Of a stretch of 32,826 nucleotides of DNA, positions 15,442 to 24,184 are shown piece after piece. The stretch is taken from positions 1 through 32,826 of IMG/VR virus record IMGVR_UViG_3300012971_000052, one strand, 5' to 3'. Positions within the stretch are counted from its first letter, which is position 1. Each line of letters starts with the position of its first letter. The notes beneath the pieces were generated by a model, which saw nothing but the letters and a program-made list of their open reading frames with translations, was not told where the DNA came from and did not search any database. The DNA comes from a virus (taxonomy: Duplodnaviria > Caudoviricetes). The translations under genes and the position numbers were made by a program.

Positions 15442-16721
15442 CCGCCGCCCGCGCCATGTTCCCCGGCGTGCTCGAGCCGCTCTTTGAGCCGCATCGCTAC
15501 AAGGTGCTCTACGGCGGCCGCGGTGGCGGCAAATCGCACGGCATCGCGACCTACCTGCTCGCTGAGGCCGCCCGCCGGCCGCTGCGCGTGCTGTGCTGCC
15601 GCGAGTTTCAGTCGAGCATCAGGGAGTCGGTCCACAAGCTGCTGTCGGATCTCATCCTCAAACACAACTTCACCGGCTTTGAGGTGCAGGAGAAAACCAT
15701 CAAGTGTCAGAACGGCAGTGAATTTTTCTTTGAGGGGCTCAGGCACAACACAGGCAAGATCCGGTCACTGGAAGGTATCGATCGGGTGTGGGTCGAAGAG
15801 GCAGCCAACGTCACCCGCGCATCGTGGGAGATCTTGATACCAACGATCCGTAAGGACGGTAGCGAGATCATTGTGTCGTTTAACCCCGAGCTCGACACCG
15901 ACGAAACCTATCAGCGGTTTGTCGCCCATCCGCCCGGTAACGCCGTCGTGATCAAGATCAATTACCAGGACAACCCGTGGTTCCCCGAAGTGTTGCAGCG
16001 CGAGATGGAGGATCTCAAGGCGCGCGATCCCGACGCCTATCAGCACGTGTATCTGGGGGAATGCCGCCTCACGCTCGATGGCGCGATCTATGCCCGAGAG
16101 CTGCGCGAGGCGACCGAGGAAGGTCGCATCACCAGCGTGCCCTACGACCCGACAAAGCCGGTCAACGTCTATTGCGATCTGGGGTGGGCCGACCTCACCG
16201 CGATCTGGTTTGCCCAGCACATTGCCGGCGAGGTCCGGCTGATCGATTACCTCGAGGATTCGCAACGGCCGTTTAACGATTACCTGAAGGAAATGCAGGC
16301 GAAAAATTATGTCTACGGCACCCTCTGGCTGCCCCACGACGCCCAGGCAAAAGCTCTCGGCACAGGTCGCTCGATTGAGGAGATTGCTCGCGCCGCTGGT
16401 TGGCGCGTGCGTATCGTCCCACGACTGTCCGTGGCTGACGGTATCAACGCTGCTCGAACCCTATTCCCCCGCCTGTGGTTTGACCGAGACGCGTGTGCGG
16501 ATGGACTGCAGGCGCTGCGCCACTACCGCTATGATCTCGATCCAAACGGACAATTTAGCCGCAACCCGCTTCATGATGCCGCCAGCCACGGCGCCGACGC
16601 CCTCAGATACGTCGCCGTCGGGATGCAGGAAGCGCGGCGGGCCAGCTACCCCACAGCACCAAAAGCGCGCCCGCGCATCGAATTTGGCAACCGCGCCAAT
16701 ACCGGATGGATGAGGGCATAG
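15438..16721 (+). CDS. terL: Terminase large subunit (PBSX-like)
   Basis: Walker A GGRGGGKS, Walker B VWVEEA, coupling motif SFNP, and nuclease motifs DLGWAD and SHGADALRY. Confidence 0.96.
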   Translation: MTAARAMFPGVLEPLFEPHRYKVLYGGRGGGKSHGIATYLLAEAARRPLRVLCCREFQSSIRESVHKLLSDLILKHNFTGFEVQEKTIKCQNGSEFFFEGLRHNTGKIRSLEGIDRVWVEEAANVTRASWEILIPTIRKDGSEIIVSFNPELDTDETYQRFVAHPPGNAVVIKINYQDNPWFPEVLQREMEDLKARDPDAYQHVYLGECRLTLDGAIYARELREATEEGRITSVPYDPTKPVNVYCDLGWADLTAIWFAQHIAGEVRLIDYLEDSQRPFNDYLKEMQAKNYVYGTLWLPHDAQAKALGTGRSIEEIARAAGWRVRIVPRLSVADGINAARTLFPRLWFDRDACADGLQALRHYRYDLDPNGQFSRNPLHDAASHGADALRYVAVGMQEARRASYPTAPKARPRIEFGNRANTGWMRA

Positions 16722-16723
16722 CC

Positions 16724-17149
16724 ATGTGGGAAGAGGTCTACCGCGAGCCAACCGACATTATGGAGCGCATGCGCCTCACCGATGGTTGGCTCTACCGCAA
16801 CCGCGTCGTCGCCGACGGCAGTTTGCAAAGCGCGGGCGGTTACGACTGGGATGTCGTCATCACCTACGTGCCCGGTCCCTTGCCACCACCGGTCAATGTC
16901 GCCGTGCCCGCCGTCACCGGGACTGGTGCGATCGGCGAAACCCTCACCTGCACCATGGGTGAGTGGCAGAACGACCCGGATGATTACTTTTACGAATGGC
17001 TGAGCGATGGTGTTGCGGTGGGCGACGAGCACAACACCTACCTGGTCGATGCGGCGGATGCGGGCAAGGCAATCACCTGCGTCGTCACCGCGACCAATGC
17101 GAGCGGCTCAACCGCGGCGCCGGGATCAAACGCCATCACGATCCCATGA
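16724..17149 (+). CDS. Ig-like domain protein (possible capsid decoration)
   Basis: PPVNVAVPAVTGTGAIGETLTC..GEW...YFYEW..DG...TYLV..ADAGKAITCVVTATNASGS is an Ig-like beta-sandwich pattern. Confidence 0.75.
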   Translation: MWEEVYREPTDIMERMRLTDGWLYRNRVVADGSLQSAGGYDWDVVITYVPGPLPPPVNVAVPAVTGTGAIGETLTCTMGEWQNDPDDYFYEWLSDGVAVGDEHNTYLVDAADAGKAITCVVTATNASGSTAAPGSNAITIP

Positions 17150-17439
17150 CAGCGCTGCACCTGTTCTCGATGGCCGAGGCGATTGCGCCGACCGAGGCGG
17201 ACGCGCGCCAAGTGCTCGACGAGGCGCTGTGGTCGGTGCACCAACCAGGCCGGCGCTGCATCATTTGCTTAAAGCCGCTCCACCAGCAGATCAGCTATCT
17301 CGCCCTCTTGCAGACCGACGATCCCATACTGCTCTCCGGTGGGGTCTGCGCCGACTGCAGCATGCAACCGCGTGGCGAAATTGAGAAAAACGTGGCACAA
17401 ATCACCGTGCTGCATTTCTGCACGACAGGCACAGCATGA
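17146..17439 (+). CDS. Hypothetical Zn-binding protein (97 aa)
   Basis: CIIC...CADC; ATGA overlaps on both sides. Confidence 0.55.
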   Translation: MTALHLFSMAEAIAPTEADARQVLDEALWSVHQPGRRCIICLKPLHQQISYLALLQTDDPILLSGGVCADCSMQPRGEIEKNVAQITVLHFCTTGTA

Positions 17440-17678
17440 GCGCAGGCTTTGCCGTTCATCGGGGCGATATCTACCATCGCGTGTGCCGCGGTGAAGATCC
17501 GGTGCGTGTCGGGCACATCTACTGGCTGACCGATAAACAAGTGCAGGAGATCCATGCGGAAGAGGCGGAGGTGCGCCGAAAGCGCGCGATTGCCGAAAAA
17601 CGGCGTGAGGCCGCCGCTTATGCTCGCCGCTGTCGGCAATATCCCTGGTGGAAACTGAGCGAGTTCCTCCATGCGTAG
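17436..17678 (+). CDS. Hypothetical protein (80 aa)
   Basis: ATGA overlap upstream; overlaps the portal start. Confidence 0.55.
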   Translation: MSAGFAVHRGDIYHRVCRGEDPVRVGHIYWLTDKQVQEIHAEEAEVRRKRAIAEKRREAAAYARRCRQYPWWKLSEFLHA

Positions 17679-20004
17679 CACGATGGATCCGCGCAATTCG
17701 GCCTATACCGCGGCCCCGCGCGTCGGCGAGCGCGAAGCACATGGTTCTCGCAACCCAACCGCAGCCGACAGCTTTGGACCCGGCGAGGAACGCGACGAGG
17801 ATATTCTCTACGAAGCCAGGGAGCGCTTTCGCCGTGTCATGGATTGGGAAACTGATTACCGAGCCCGTGCGATCGATGACGTGCGGTTTGTCCATGGCGA
17901 CAGCGATAATCATTGGCAGTGGAGCGATAATCTCTACTCGGAACGAGCGGACCGACCGTCCCTGACCATTAACAAGACCCGACAGCACTGCCTGCAGATC
18001 ATCAACGACGCGAAGCAGAATAAGCCGCAGGTGCGCATTTCTCCGGTGAGCGACGAGGCGACCAAAGCCTCGGCCGACATCTACGAGGGGATCTGTCGGC
18101 ATATCGAATACGTGTCAAACGCCGCGGTCGCTTACGACACCGCGACCGAGCACATGGTGCATAGCGGGATCGGCTGGTGGCGCATCGTGCGCGAATACGA
18201 GGCCGCCGACGGGTTTGAGATGGGGCTGCGGATCCAGCGTGTGCGCGACCCTATGAGCGTCTACATGGACCCCGACATTCAGGAGGTCGACGGATCGGAC
18301 GCGCGGTTTGCCTTTGTCGTCGATGATGTCGCGCGCGATGAGTTTGAGAGCAAATACCCCGAATGGGCCGATCGGATCCCGCAAGGCACATGGGCCGGCG
18401 AGGTGATCCAGGGCGGGTGGCTCGATGCCGATCATGTCCGTGTCGCCGAGTATTTCCGCCGGGTCGATTACGACGATACCCTCCACATGCTCCCAGATGG
18501 CTCCACAGTGCATGAAAGCGAATTGGGCGGGGATGACAGCCTGAACAATTTGATGCTGCTCAGCACGCGCCAGAGAGCCGTACAGAGGCAACGCATCGAG
18601 TGGTTTAAGATCGTCGGGGGTGCGATTGTCGATGAGCGGATCGAGCCGGGGCGCTATATCCCGCTGGTGCGGGCGATCGGCGAGGAGGCGGTGATCGAGG
18701 GGCGGCTTGAGCGCAAAGGGCACGTGCGCAGCCTCAAAGACCCGCAGAGGATGTATAATTATTGGAGCAGTTCGGCCGTTGAATCGGTTGCGCTGCAGTC
18801 GAAAACGCCGTGGATTGCGCCGGCCGAAGCGATCGAGTCCTTTCAGCGCTTTTGGGACACGGCGAACACCGAAAATCATTCCGTGCTGCCGTGGAACGCG
18901 CGCGACGACCAAGGACAGGCGATCCCGGCGCCGACCCGTGCCGAGCCGCCGCAGATGCCGCAGGCGTATATCGCCGGCATGCAGGTCGCCGGCCAGGAAC
19001 TGATGATGGCGTCGGGGCAATATCAGCCGACGCTCGGTCAGCCGTCACCAACACAGGAAACATCGGGGAAGGCGATTGCCTTACGACAACGACAGGGCGA
19101 TAACGCGACTTACCATTACATCGATAATCTTGCTATTGCTATTCGGTTTACTGGTCGGATACTTCTGGACCTTATTCCTATCGTTTATGACACGCCGCGT
19201 GTTCTGAAGATCATGGCGGTTGACGGGACGGTTGACCAGGTACAGCTGAACCCGCAGCAATCTCAGCCGTTACAGACGCAGCCCAATCCGCAGCAGCAGC
19301 AGACGCCACCGGGTGGTGTGGCGCCGACCCCGCAGCAGCAGATCGCCCAGAGCGTGGTGCGAATCTTTAATCCGAATGTCGGGCGCTACGAGGTGCAAGC
19401 CGATGTTGGACCCGCCTATGCGACCAAGCGGCAACAGGCGTTTGATGCGCTGCTGCAGGTCTGCACGACCGCGCCGCAGATCCTGAACGTGGCCGGGGAT
19501 CTGCTGTTCAAATCGGCCGATTGTCCCAATGCGGAGGATCTCGCAGAACGTCTGCAGCGCATGGTGCCGGCGAATGTACTGGGACAAGGTCCGTCGCCGC
19601 AGGAACAGCAGCTGACGCAGCAGTTGCAGCAGAGCCAGGCGCACGTGGCCATGCTCGCCGAGAAGCTGGCTGTCGCTGAAATGAAGAACAAGACCGGCAG
19701 CGACAAAACCGAGATCGAAGCCTACCGCGCCACCACCGAGCGCATGGGCAAGCTGCTGTCGATGAATTCGACCGACGGTCCCTATGTCGATGGCACCGAG
19801 GTCCGGGCGCTCATTCAGACCATGGTGCGTGACGCGTTGAGCCAGGCGGGGATGGCGCCGGTTGCCAATATGGCGATGGCGGGTGGTGCGCAGCACGAGC
19901 AGACGCTGAACGCGCTGGCGCCGAGCGCGGGCAACAGCAACGTGCCGCCGCAGATGGCCGCGGCGTTGTCGCCCGTGCCGCCGCCGAGGATGCCGGGAGC
20001 ATAG
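17671..20004 (+). CDS. P22-like portal protein (777 aa)
   Basis: QW...RPSLTINK, GIGWWRI, GHVRSLKDPQRMYNYW, SGKAIALRQRQG and GRYEVQADVGPAYATKRQ motifs; Q-rich C-terminal barrel. Confidence 0.93.
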   Translation: MRSTMDPRNSAYTAAPRVGEREAHGSRNPTAADSFGPGEERDEDILYEARERFRRVMDWETDYRARAIDDVRFVHGDSDNHWQWSDNLYSERADRPSLTINKTRQHCLQIINDAKQNKPQVRISPVSDEATKASADIYEGICRHIEYVSNAAVAYDTATEHMVHSGIGWWRIVREYEAADGFEMGLRIQRVRDPMSVYMDPDIQEVDGSDARFAFVVDDVARDEFESKYPEWADRIPQGTWAGEVIQGGWLDADHVRVAEYFRRVDYDDTLHMLPDGSTVHESELGGDDSLNNLMLLSTRQRAVQRQRIEWFKIVGGAIVDERIEPGRYIPLVRAIGEEAVIEGRLERKGHVRSLKDPQRMYNYWSSSAVESVALQSKTPWIAPAEAIESFQRFWDTANTENHSVLPWNARDDQGQAIPAPTRAEPPQMPQAYIAGMQVAGQELMMASGQYQPTLGQPSPTQETSGKAIALRQRQGDNATYHYIDNLAIAIRFTGRILLDLIPIVYDTPRVLKIMAVDGTVDQVQLNPQQSQPLQTQPNPQQQQTPPGGVAPTPQQQIAQSVVRIFNPNVGRYEVQADVGPAYATKRQQAFDALLQVCTTAPQILNVAGDLLFKSADCPNAEDLAERLQRMVPANVLGQGPSPQEQQLTQQLQQSQAHVAMLAEKLAVAEMKNKTGSDKTEIEAYRATTERMGKLLSMNSTDGPYVDGTEVRALIQTMVRDALSQAGMAPVANMAMAGGAQHEQTLNALAPSAGNSNVPPQMAAALSPVPPPRMPGA

Positions 20005-20006
20005 CC

Positions 20007-20165
20007 ATGCCCAAAGGATCAGAAGTCGCCAAGGTCGAATCAAAGCTCAAGAAGGAATATCCGAATAATCCCGGTGCGGTGTACGGCACGCTCAACAAAG
20101 CCGGACTGATGAAGGGCAATCGCCCAACCAAAAAGGGTGAAAAGAAAGCGTCGCGAGGCAAGTGA
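20007..20165 (+). CDS. Small Lys-rich protein (52 aa)
   Basis: GGGAG RBS; MPKGSEVAKVESKLKKEYPNNPGAVYGTLNKAG...; TGATG coupling. It is below the ORF-track cut-off. Confidence 0.65.
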   Translation: MPKGSEVAKVESKLKKEYPNNPGAVYGTLNKAGLMKGNRPTKKGEKKASRGK

Positions 20166-20557
20166 TGCCGCTCAACCTCAACGCCCTCAACCCGCAGCAG
20201 CAGATCATGCTGGCGATGCTGCTGCGCCAGGGACCACAAGCATTCATAGGCGGCGGCATGCAGCAGCCGACGATGGCACAGATGCTCCAGCAGCAATCTC
20301 CTGGCATCTCCCCGCAACAGGCGCGCATGCAGCAGATCCTCAATCCGCCGCCGAGCCCGCTGCAGCAGGTGATCCAGCAGCTTGCCCAGGTACAGCAGGG
20401 GCAGCAGCAGACCCTACAGGCAGTCAATCAGCCCAATCCGCTCTTGCAGCAGTTGAACCCGCAGCTCCAAGCGCTGGTGCAGGGTCTGGGGCGGCTGTTT
20501 AGCTCCGGACAGCAAGCGATCGGCCTGCCGCAATCCTCTGGTGTGACGAGTACCTGA
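20165..20557 (+). CDS. Gln-rich low-complexity protein (130 aa)
   Basis: Almost uncharged Q/L/P/M-rich sequence; translationally coupled. Confidence 0.65.
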   Translation: MPLNLNALNPQQQIMLAMLLRQGPQAFIGGGMQQPTMAQMLQQQSPGISPQQARMQQILNPPPSPLQQVIQQLAQVQQGQQQTLQAVNQPNPLLQQLNPQLQALVQGLGRLFSSGQQAIGLPQSSGVTST

Positions 20558-20558
20558 T

Positions 20559-20855
20559 ATGCCGCTCACCCTCACGCCGCTACAATTCACCACCTGGAAA
20601 CCACAACCGCTGGCAGCGCCGACACAGCCGATCACACCGAACGGAATCTCGCTCGGCGCCATCCCCGGCTATCAGAAATGGTGGAGCGATTTTCTGCAGA
20701 GCCAAGCCGCGCAGCAACTGCACAATCTCGGTCCGTGGAACAACATGCTGACCTCGCCCAACCTGGCCGCGCCGCACATGCAGGCGCTCGCGCAGTTTAT
20801 GCAATCCAATCCCCTCGGCAGCTATGCACCGCCCGCCCCTGCCGCCCTTGGATGA
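20559..20855 (+). CDS. Gln/Pro-rich protein (98 aa)
   Basis: Starts 1 nt after the previous stop; composition similar to the previous ORF. Confidence 0.6.
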   Translation: MPLTLTPLQFTTWKPQPLAAPTQPITPNGISLGAIPGYQKWWSDFLQSQAAQQLHNLGPWNNMLTSPNLAAPHMQALAQFMQSNPLGSYAPPAPAALG

Positions 20856-21042
20856 CGTCAGGCTCAACCTGACCAGCTACGAGGCCGCGACCCTGCACCT
20901 GCTCGCCGCGGTCGGTATGGCGGTCTACGAAGGGAAGGCGTTGGCCGACAATACCCGCGATCTGCTCGACCGGATCCCGCCGGGTGTCTTAAAACGCGCG
21001 GTCGATAAGATCGCGCAGTGGTCGGGAGGGGAATTGCACTGA
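20848..21042 (+). CDS. Hypothetical protein (~64 aa, start uncertain)
   Basis: Fills the gap and is TGATG-coupled to the next gene; GC-rich third positions. Confidence 0.5.
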   Translation: MDDVRLNLTSYEAATLHLLAAVGMAVYEGKALADNTRDLLDRIPPGVLKRAVDKIAQWSGGELH

Positions 21043-22511
21043 TGGCTGCGAATATGCTGATGGGCGCACCCCCAGGGATGGGCGCCGCACCCGGCAACCC
21101 GCTGATGCAGGATCCGCAAGTGCCGCCCTCGGCGGCGCCCTCGGCGATCTTTGAGCCGCCGCGCTCGAGAGAAGGCTTTGAGCACCGGGTGTCGACCCGT
21201 ATCCCGACCGCTGCCGGTCTGGGCTACGATCCGCACACCCGCAACGACCTCACCGTGAGCCACGGCGCGATGCACCCCGGCACGACCCGTGATCCGAAGG
21301 TGCAGAAGTCGCTCGAGAATGCCTATCGTGGTAACGCCAAGCTGATCAAGCAATACTACGGCCACATCAATCCCGGTGTTACCGACGAGCATGCGGCCGA
21401 AAACTTTATGAACCATGCCCATGACAACATTGTCTGGCTGTGGAACCAGGTACGCGATCGGCCATGGGTGCCGCAGGCGATCGATTGGTATCGTGGCGCG
21501 AACCGCCTCGCCAAAGGCATGGCCGATCAGCACGGTATCAGCCATCGCCAGGCCGCTGCGGTGATCGCGACGCTAAGCCCCCAAAAGGACTGGGACCAGA
21601 ATGTCGACCTGGCGCACCGCGTGCTCAGCCATCGCGGTAATAAGGAGCTGAGCGTCACCCCGGAAATGCTCGGGCGGATGCAGCAATATGTCGATGCCCG
21701 CACGCCCAAGACTCGCGGCGCGCTTGAAATGCAATTGCATGGTGGGACGCATAAGGAGGATGGCAAGATTGCGCCGATTGAGATCGGCCAAAAACTTGAT
21801 GATCTAAAGACACCGCTGCAAAAAGCGATGTTCATCCGCAGCTATGACGAGATGCACAACCCCAACAAAGGCTATGACATCATCTCGCCGCGCGGTGACC
21901 GGACCGTGGCCATGACCAATGCGGGGCGGCCGGCGACAACCGCCTGGAATGATCTCGGCGCCGTCGCCAATGCCGTTCGAGCGGCCGACAGCGCCGACCA
22001 TCTGCCGACGATCAGCCGCGCCCTTGGCGGCATGCACAAGGTGCGCAATTTCTACAACAACATCATTGCTCCGGATTACGGCCACGACATCACCGCCGAT
22101 ACCCACGCGATCAATGTCGGACTGATGCGGCCCATGTCCGGTTTCCACAAGATGGTTGGTGAGGGGCTCGGCAGCGAAGGCTCCTCGAGCGCTCACAGTG
22201 GCGTGCACGGGCTCTATGGGCTCTATGCCGACGCTTACCGGCGCGCGGCCGACACGATTAGCCGGCTCGAGGGGCGCCGCCTGCTGCCGCGCGAAGTGCA
22301 GAGCGTCACCTGGGAAGCGATCCGCAATATGTTCAAGGACGAGCACAAGAAGATCGATAAAACGACGTTTGAACCCCTGCATGATGTTGGTAAAATGGCG
22401 CGTGACGCACATTTTGCGCACCGCTACGACTTTATGCCGCCGGATATGGCACGCGAAGCCATCATGAACGCGGCAGGCGGTATCCGAAACCCATCCTGGT
22501 GGAGAGGCTGA
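21042..22511 (+). CDS. HhH-GPD DNA-glycosylase-like protein (DUF7178-like), 489 aa, with low-complexity N-terminus
   Basis: WYRGA, AAAVIATLSPQKDWDQN, GGMHKVRNFYNNI, ITADTHA, YADAYRRAA and PREVQSVTW follow the motif order of the HhH-GPD fold. The K and DTH positions correspond to the EndoIII-type catalytic Lys and Asp. Confidence 0.65.
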   Translation: MAANMLMGAPPGMGAAPGNPLMQDPQVPPSAAPSAIFEPPRSREGFEHRVSTRIPTAAGLGYDPHTRNDLTVSHGAMHPGTTRDPKVQKSLENAYRGNAKLIKQYYGHINPGVTDEHAAENFMNHAHDNIVWLWNQVRDRPWVPQAIDWYRGANRLAKGMADQHGISHRQAAAVIATLSPQKDWDQNVDLAHRVLSHRGNKELSVTPEMLGRMQQYVDARTPKTRGALEMQLHGGTHKEDGKIAPIEIGQKLDDLKTPLQKAMFIRSYDEMHNPNKGYDIISPRGDRTVAMTNAGRPATTAWNDLGAVANAVRAADSADHLPTISRALGGMHKVRNFYNNIIAPDYGHDITADTHAINVGLMRPMSGFHKMVGEGLGSEGSSSAHSGVHGLYGLYADAYRRAADTISRLEGRRLLPREVQSVTWEAIRNMFKDEHKKIDKTTFEPLHDVGKMARDAHFAHRYDFMPPDMAREAIMNAAGGIRNPSWWRG

Positions 22512-22512
22512 G

Positions 22513-22716
22513 ATGGACGAGATCAATTGGAAGGCGGAAGCCGAAATGGACCCGATCATTCATGCGATGATCGGTGCCGGCATCCCGCTGACACGCGAAC
22601 ACTATATCGAGATGAAATACGGCGCGCCGGGAACCGAGGATTACCCGGACGACTGGACCGAGGATCACGAGATGAGCCTGCCCGCGCCGTTTCAGCGGGG
22701 GGCCGGGAGGGGCTAA
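22513..22716 (+). CDS. Small acidic protein (67 aa), candidate partner/immunity protein
   Basis: Starts 1 nt after the stop of the glycosylase-like gene; 14 D/E versus 5 K/R; DPII..MI..GIPLTREHYI..KY motif. Confidence 0.7.
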   Translation: MDEINWKAEAEMDPIIHAMIGAGIPLTREHYIEMKYGAPGTEDYPDDWTEDHEMSLPAPFQRGAGRG

Positions 22717-23550
22717 ATGAGCGGGCGCATCCGCGCAGATGATGGCGGCGGCCCCGGTGATCCGCCGGAGGTACAGGAACCCGTCGAACAGCCGGCGCCA
22801 GCACCATCACCCAACGATAACCCGTCGCCGGAACCCGAGGGCGAGCCCGAGCCGGAAGCCGCCGCGGGAGAACGCGAGCAGCGCGAGCACAAAGAACGCT
22901 TTGACCGGCTGACCCGCGAGAAATACGAGGCAATCAGACAGCGCGACGAATATGCGCAGATGCTGCGGCAGCTTGCTGCACAGGCGCAAAATGCCAATCA
23001 GCCGCAATACGGCAATGACAATGGCAGCCAGTGGCAGCAGCCGCAGGGCGATCCGCGCGAGTTGGGGCGGCAGCAGGGGTTCCGCGAGGCGCAGGAAGCG
23101 GAGATTGCCAAGCGGTTTAATGCCGACTGCGATGCGCTCTTTCACCGCGGGCAGCAGGAATTTGGCGATATGAGCGATGCCGTCGCTGCGCTCAACGCCG
23201 TCGGCTACGGCCAGCGCCCCGACGTCCTCTCGATGATTACCCGATTGCCCGACGGGCACCGCGTCTACCGCGAGCTTGCCGGCGATCTCGATCGCGCCGC
23301 CGAGATCCTGCGCATGGACCCCAGCGGGATGGCGATCAGCATTGCACAGCTGAGCCGCGGCAATGGTGCGGCCGGGAACCAGGCGGCGCAGCTACGCACC
23401 GCACCCGCAAGCAACGCACCGCCACCGCTGCGCGCGGTCGGCGGCAACGCCACACGCCGCGAAATGGATATTTACGACCCGCGCCTCAGCATGGCCGAAT
23501 ACATCCGGCGCCGCGACCGCGAAGAGCGGCGCTCGAGGATTAGCCGCTAA
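22717..23550 (+). CDS. Scaffolding protein
   Basis: Acidic Pro-rich N-terminus, RFDRLTREKYEA coiled coil, SNAPPPLRAVGG and a C-terminal SMAEYIRRR helix; lies upstream of the coat gene. Confidence 0.8.
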   Translation: MSGRIRADDGGGPGDPPEVQEPVEQPAPAPSPNDNPSPEPEGEPEPEAAAGEREQREHKERFDRLTREKYEAIRQRDEYAQMLRQLAAQAQNANQPQYGNDNGSQWQQPQGDPRELGRQQGFREAQEAEIAKRFNADCDALFHRGQQEFGDMSDAVAALNAVGYGQRPDVLSMITRLPDGHRVYRELAGDLDRAAEILRMDPSGMAISIAQLSRGNGAAGNQAAQLRTAPASNAPPPLRAVGGNATRREMDIYDPRLSMAEYIRRRDREERRSRISR

Positions 23551-23630
23551 GCTACGCCTACGGCGAGCACAAACGCCGTGGAACTGGAGCCGGGACTGTC
23601 AGCCTGGGGGCGCAACTAAAAGGGTGGGGC

Positions 23631-23825
23631 ATGACCTCGTGGGTTATTTGGTCCGAGGAACATGGCGCGTGGTGGGGGCCCGGATGGCATGGTTATGTGA
23701 CCAGCCTTGCGCGGGCCGGTCGCTACGACAAAGAGGAAGCCCTAGACCTCATGAGGCGCGCAAACCAGTATCTGCCCGAGGGCCGCATACACGAGGTTGC
23801 GATGCCCGATCCCTGGCCGCGCTGA
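23631..23825 (+). CDS. Small Trp-rich phage protein (64 aa)
   Basis: WVIWSEEHGAWWGPGWHGYVTSLARAGRYDKEEA is a recurrent small phage-protein pattern; inserted between scaffold and coat. Confidence 0.65.
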   Translation: MTSWVIWSEEHGAWWGPGWHGYVTSLARAGRYDKEEALDLMRRANQYLPEGRIHEVAMPDPWPR

Positions 23826-23951
23826 AAAGGCGGGCGGAGCCAGTCTGAACAAGGAAACGGTGTGGGGGGCGACCCCGCCCTTTGAGGTAGCAAAACCGCC
23901 ATCCGAGGACGGCTGGACCGCTGATATCTATCACATTCCAATATCATTCCA

Positions 23952-23980
23952 TTGATATTTTTTACCGCATGCGCTAATGC
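23952..23980 (+). promoter_or_regulatory. Candidate promoter upstream of the coat gene
   Basis: TTGATA-N17-TAATGC in an AT-rich island; the -10 lacks the final T, which is common in Alphaproteobacteria. Confidence 0.45.
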
Positions 23981-24184
23981 GGACTCCTTCCCGTCAGGGA
24001 TTGCGCCTTGAGCCGGCTAAAAAGCTCCCCGTCTTCACTGGGTTAGTGTGATGTGCCCTCCCACGGGGGGTGCGCCCGCATAGCCGACTCGCACCCGGCA
24101 TCGATCCCAGCAACCCCTTGATTGCTGCGCTCGGTGCGCTGTTTCGCTCCTCTCTCCCTGCGCACGGGCGCCGGGAGAGCATCC

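Noticed and set aside
23862-23884. Rho-independent terminator after the Trp-rich ORF
   Set aside because: The GC stem is short and the U-tract is only TTT, too weak to call.
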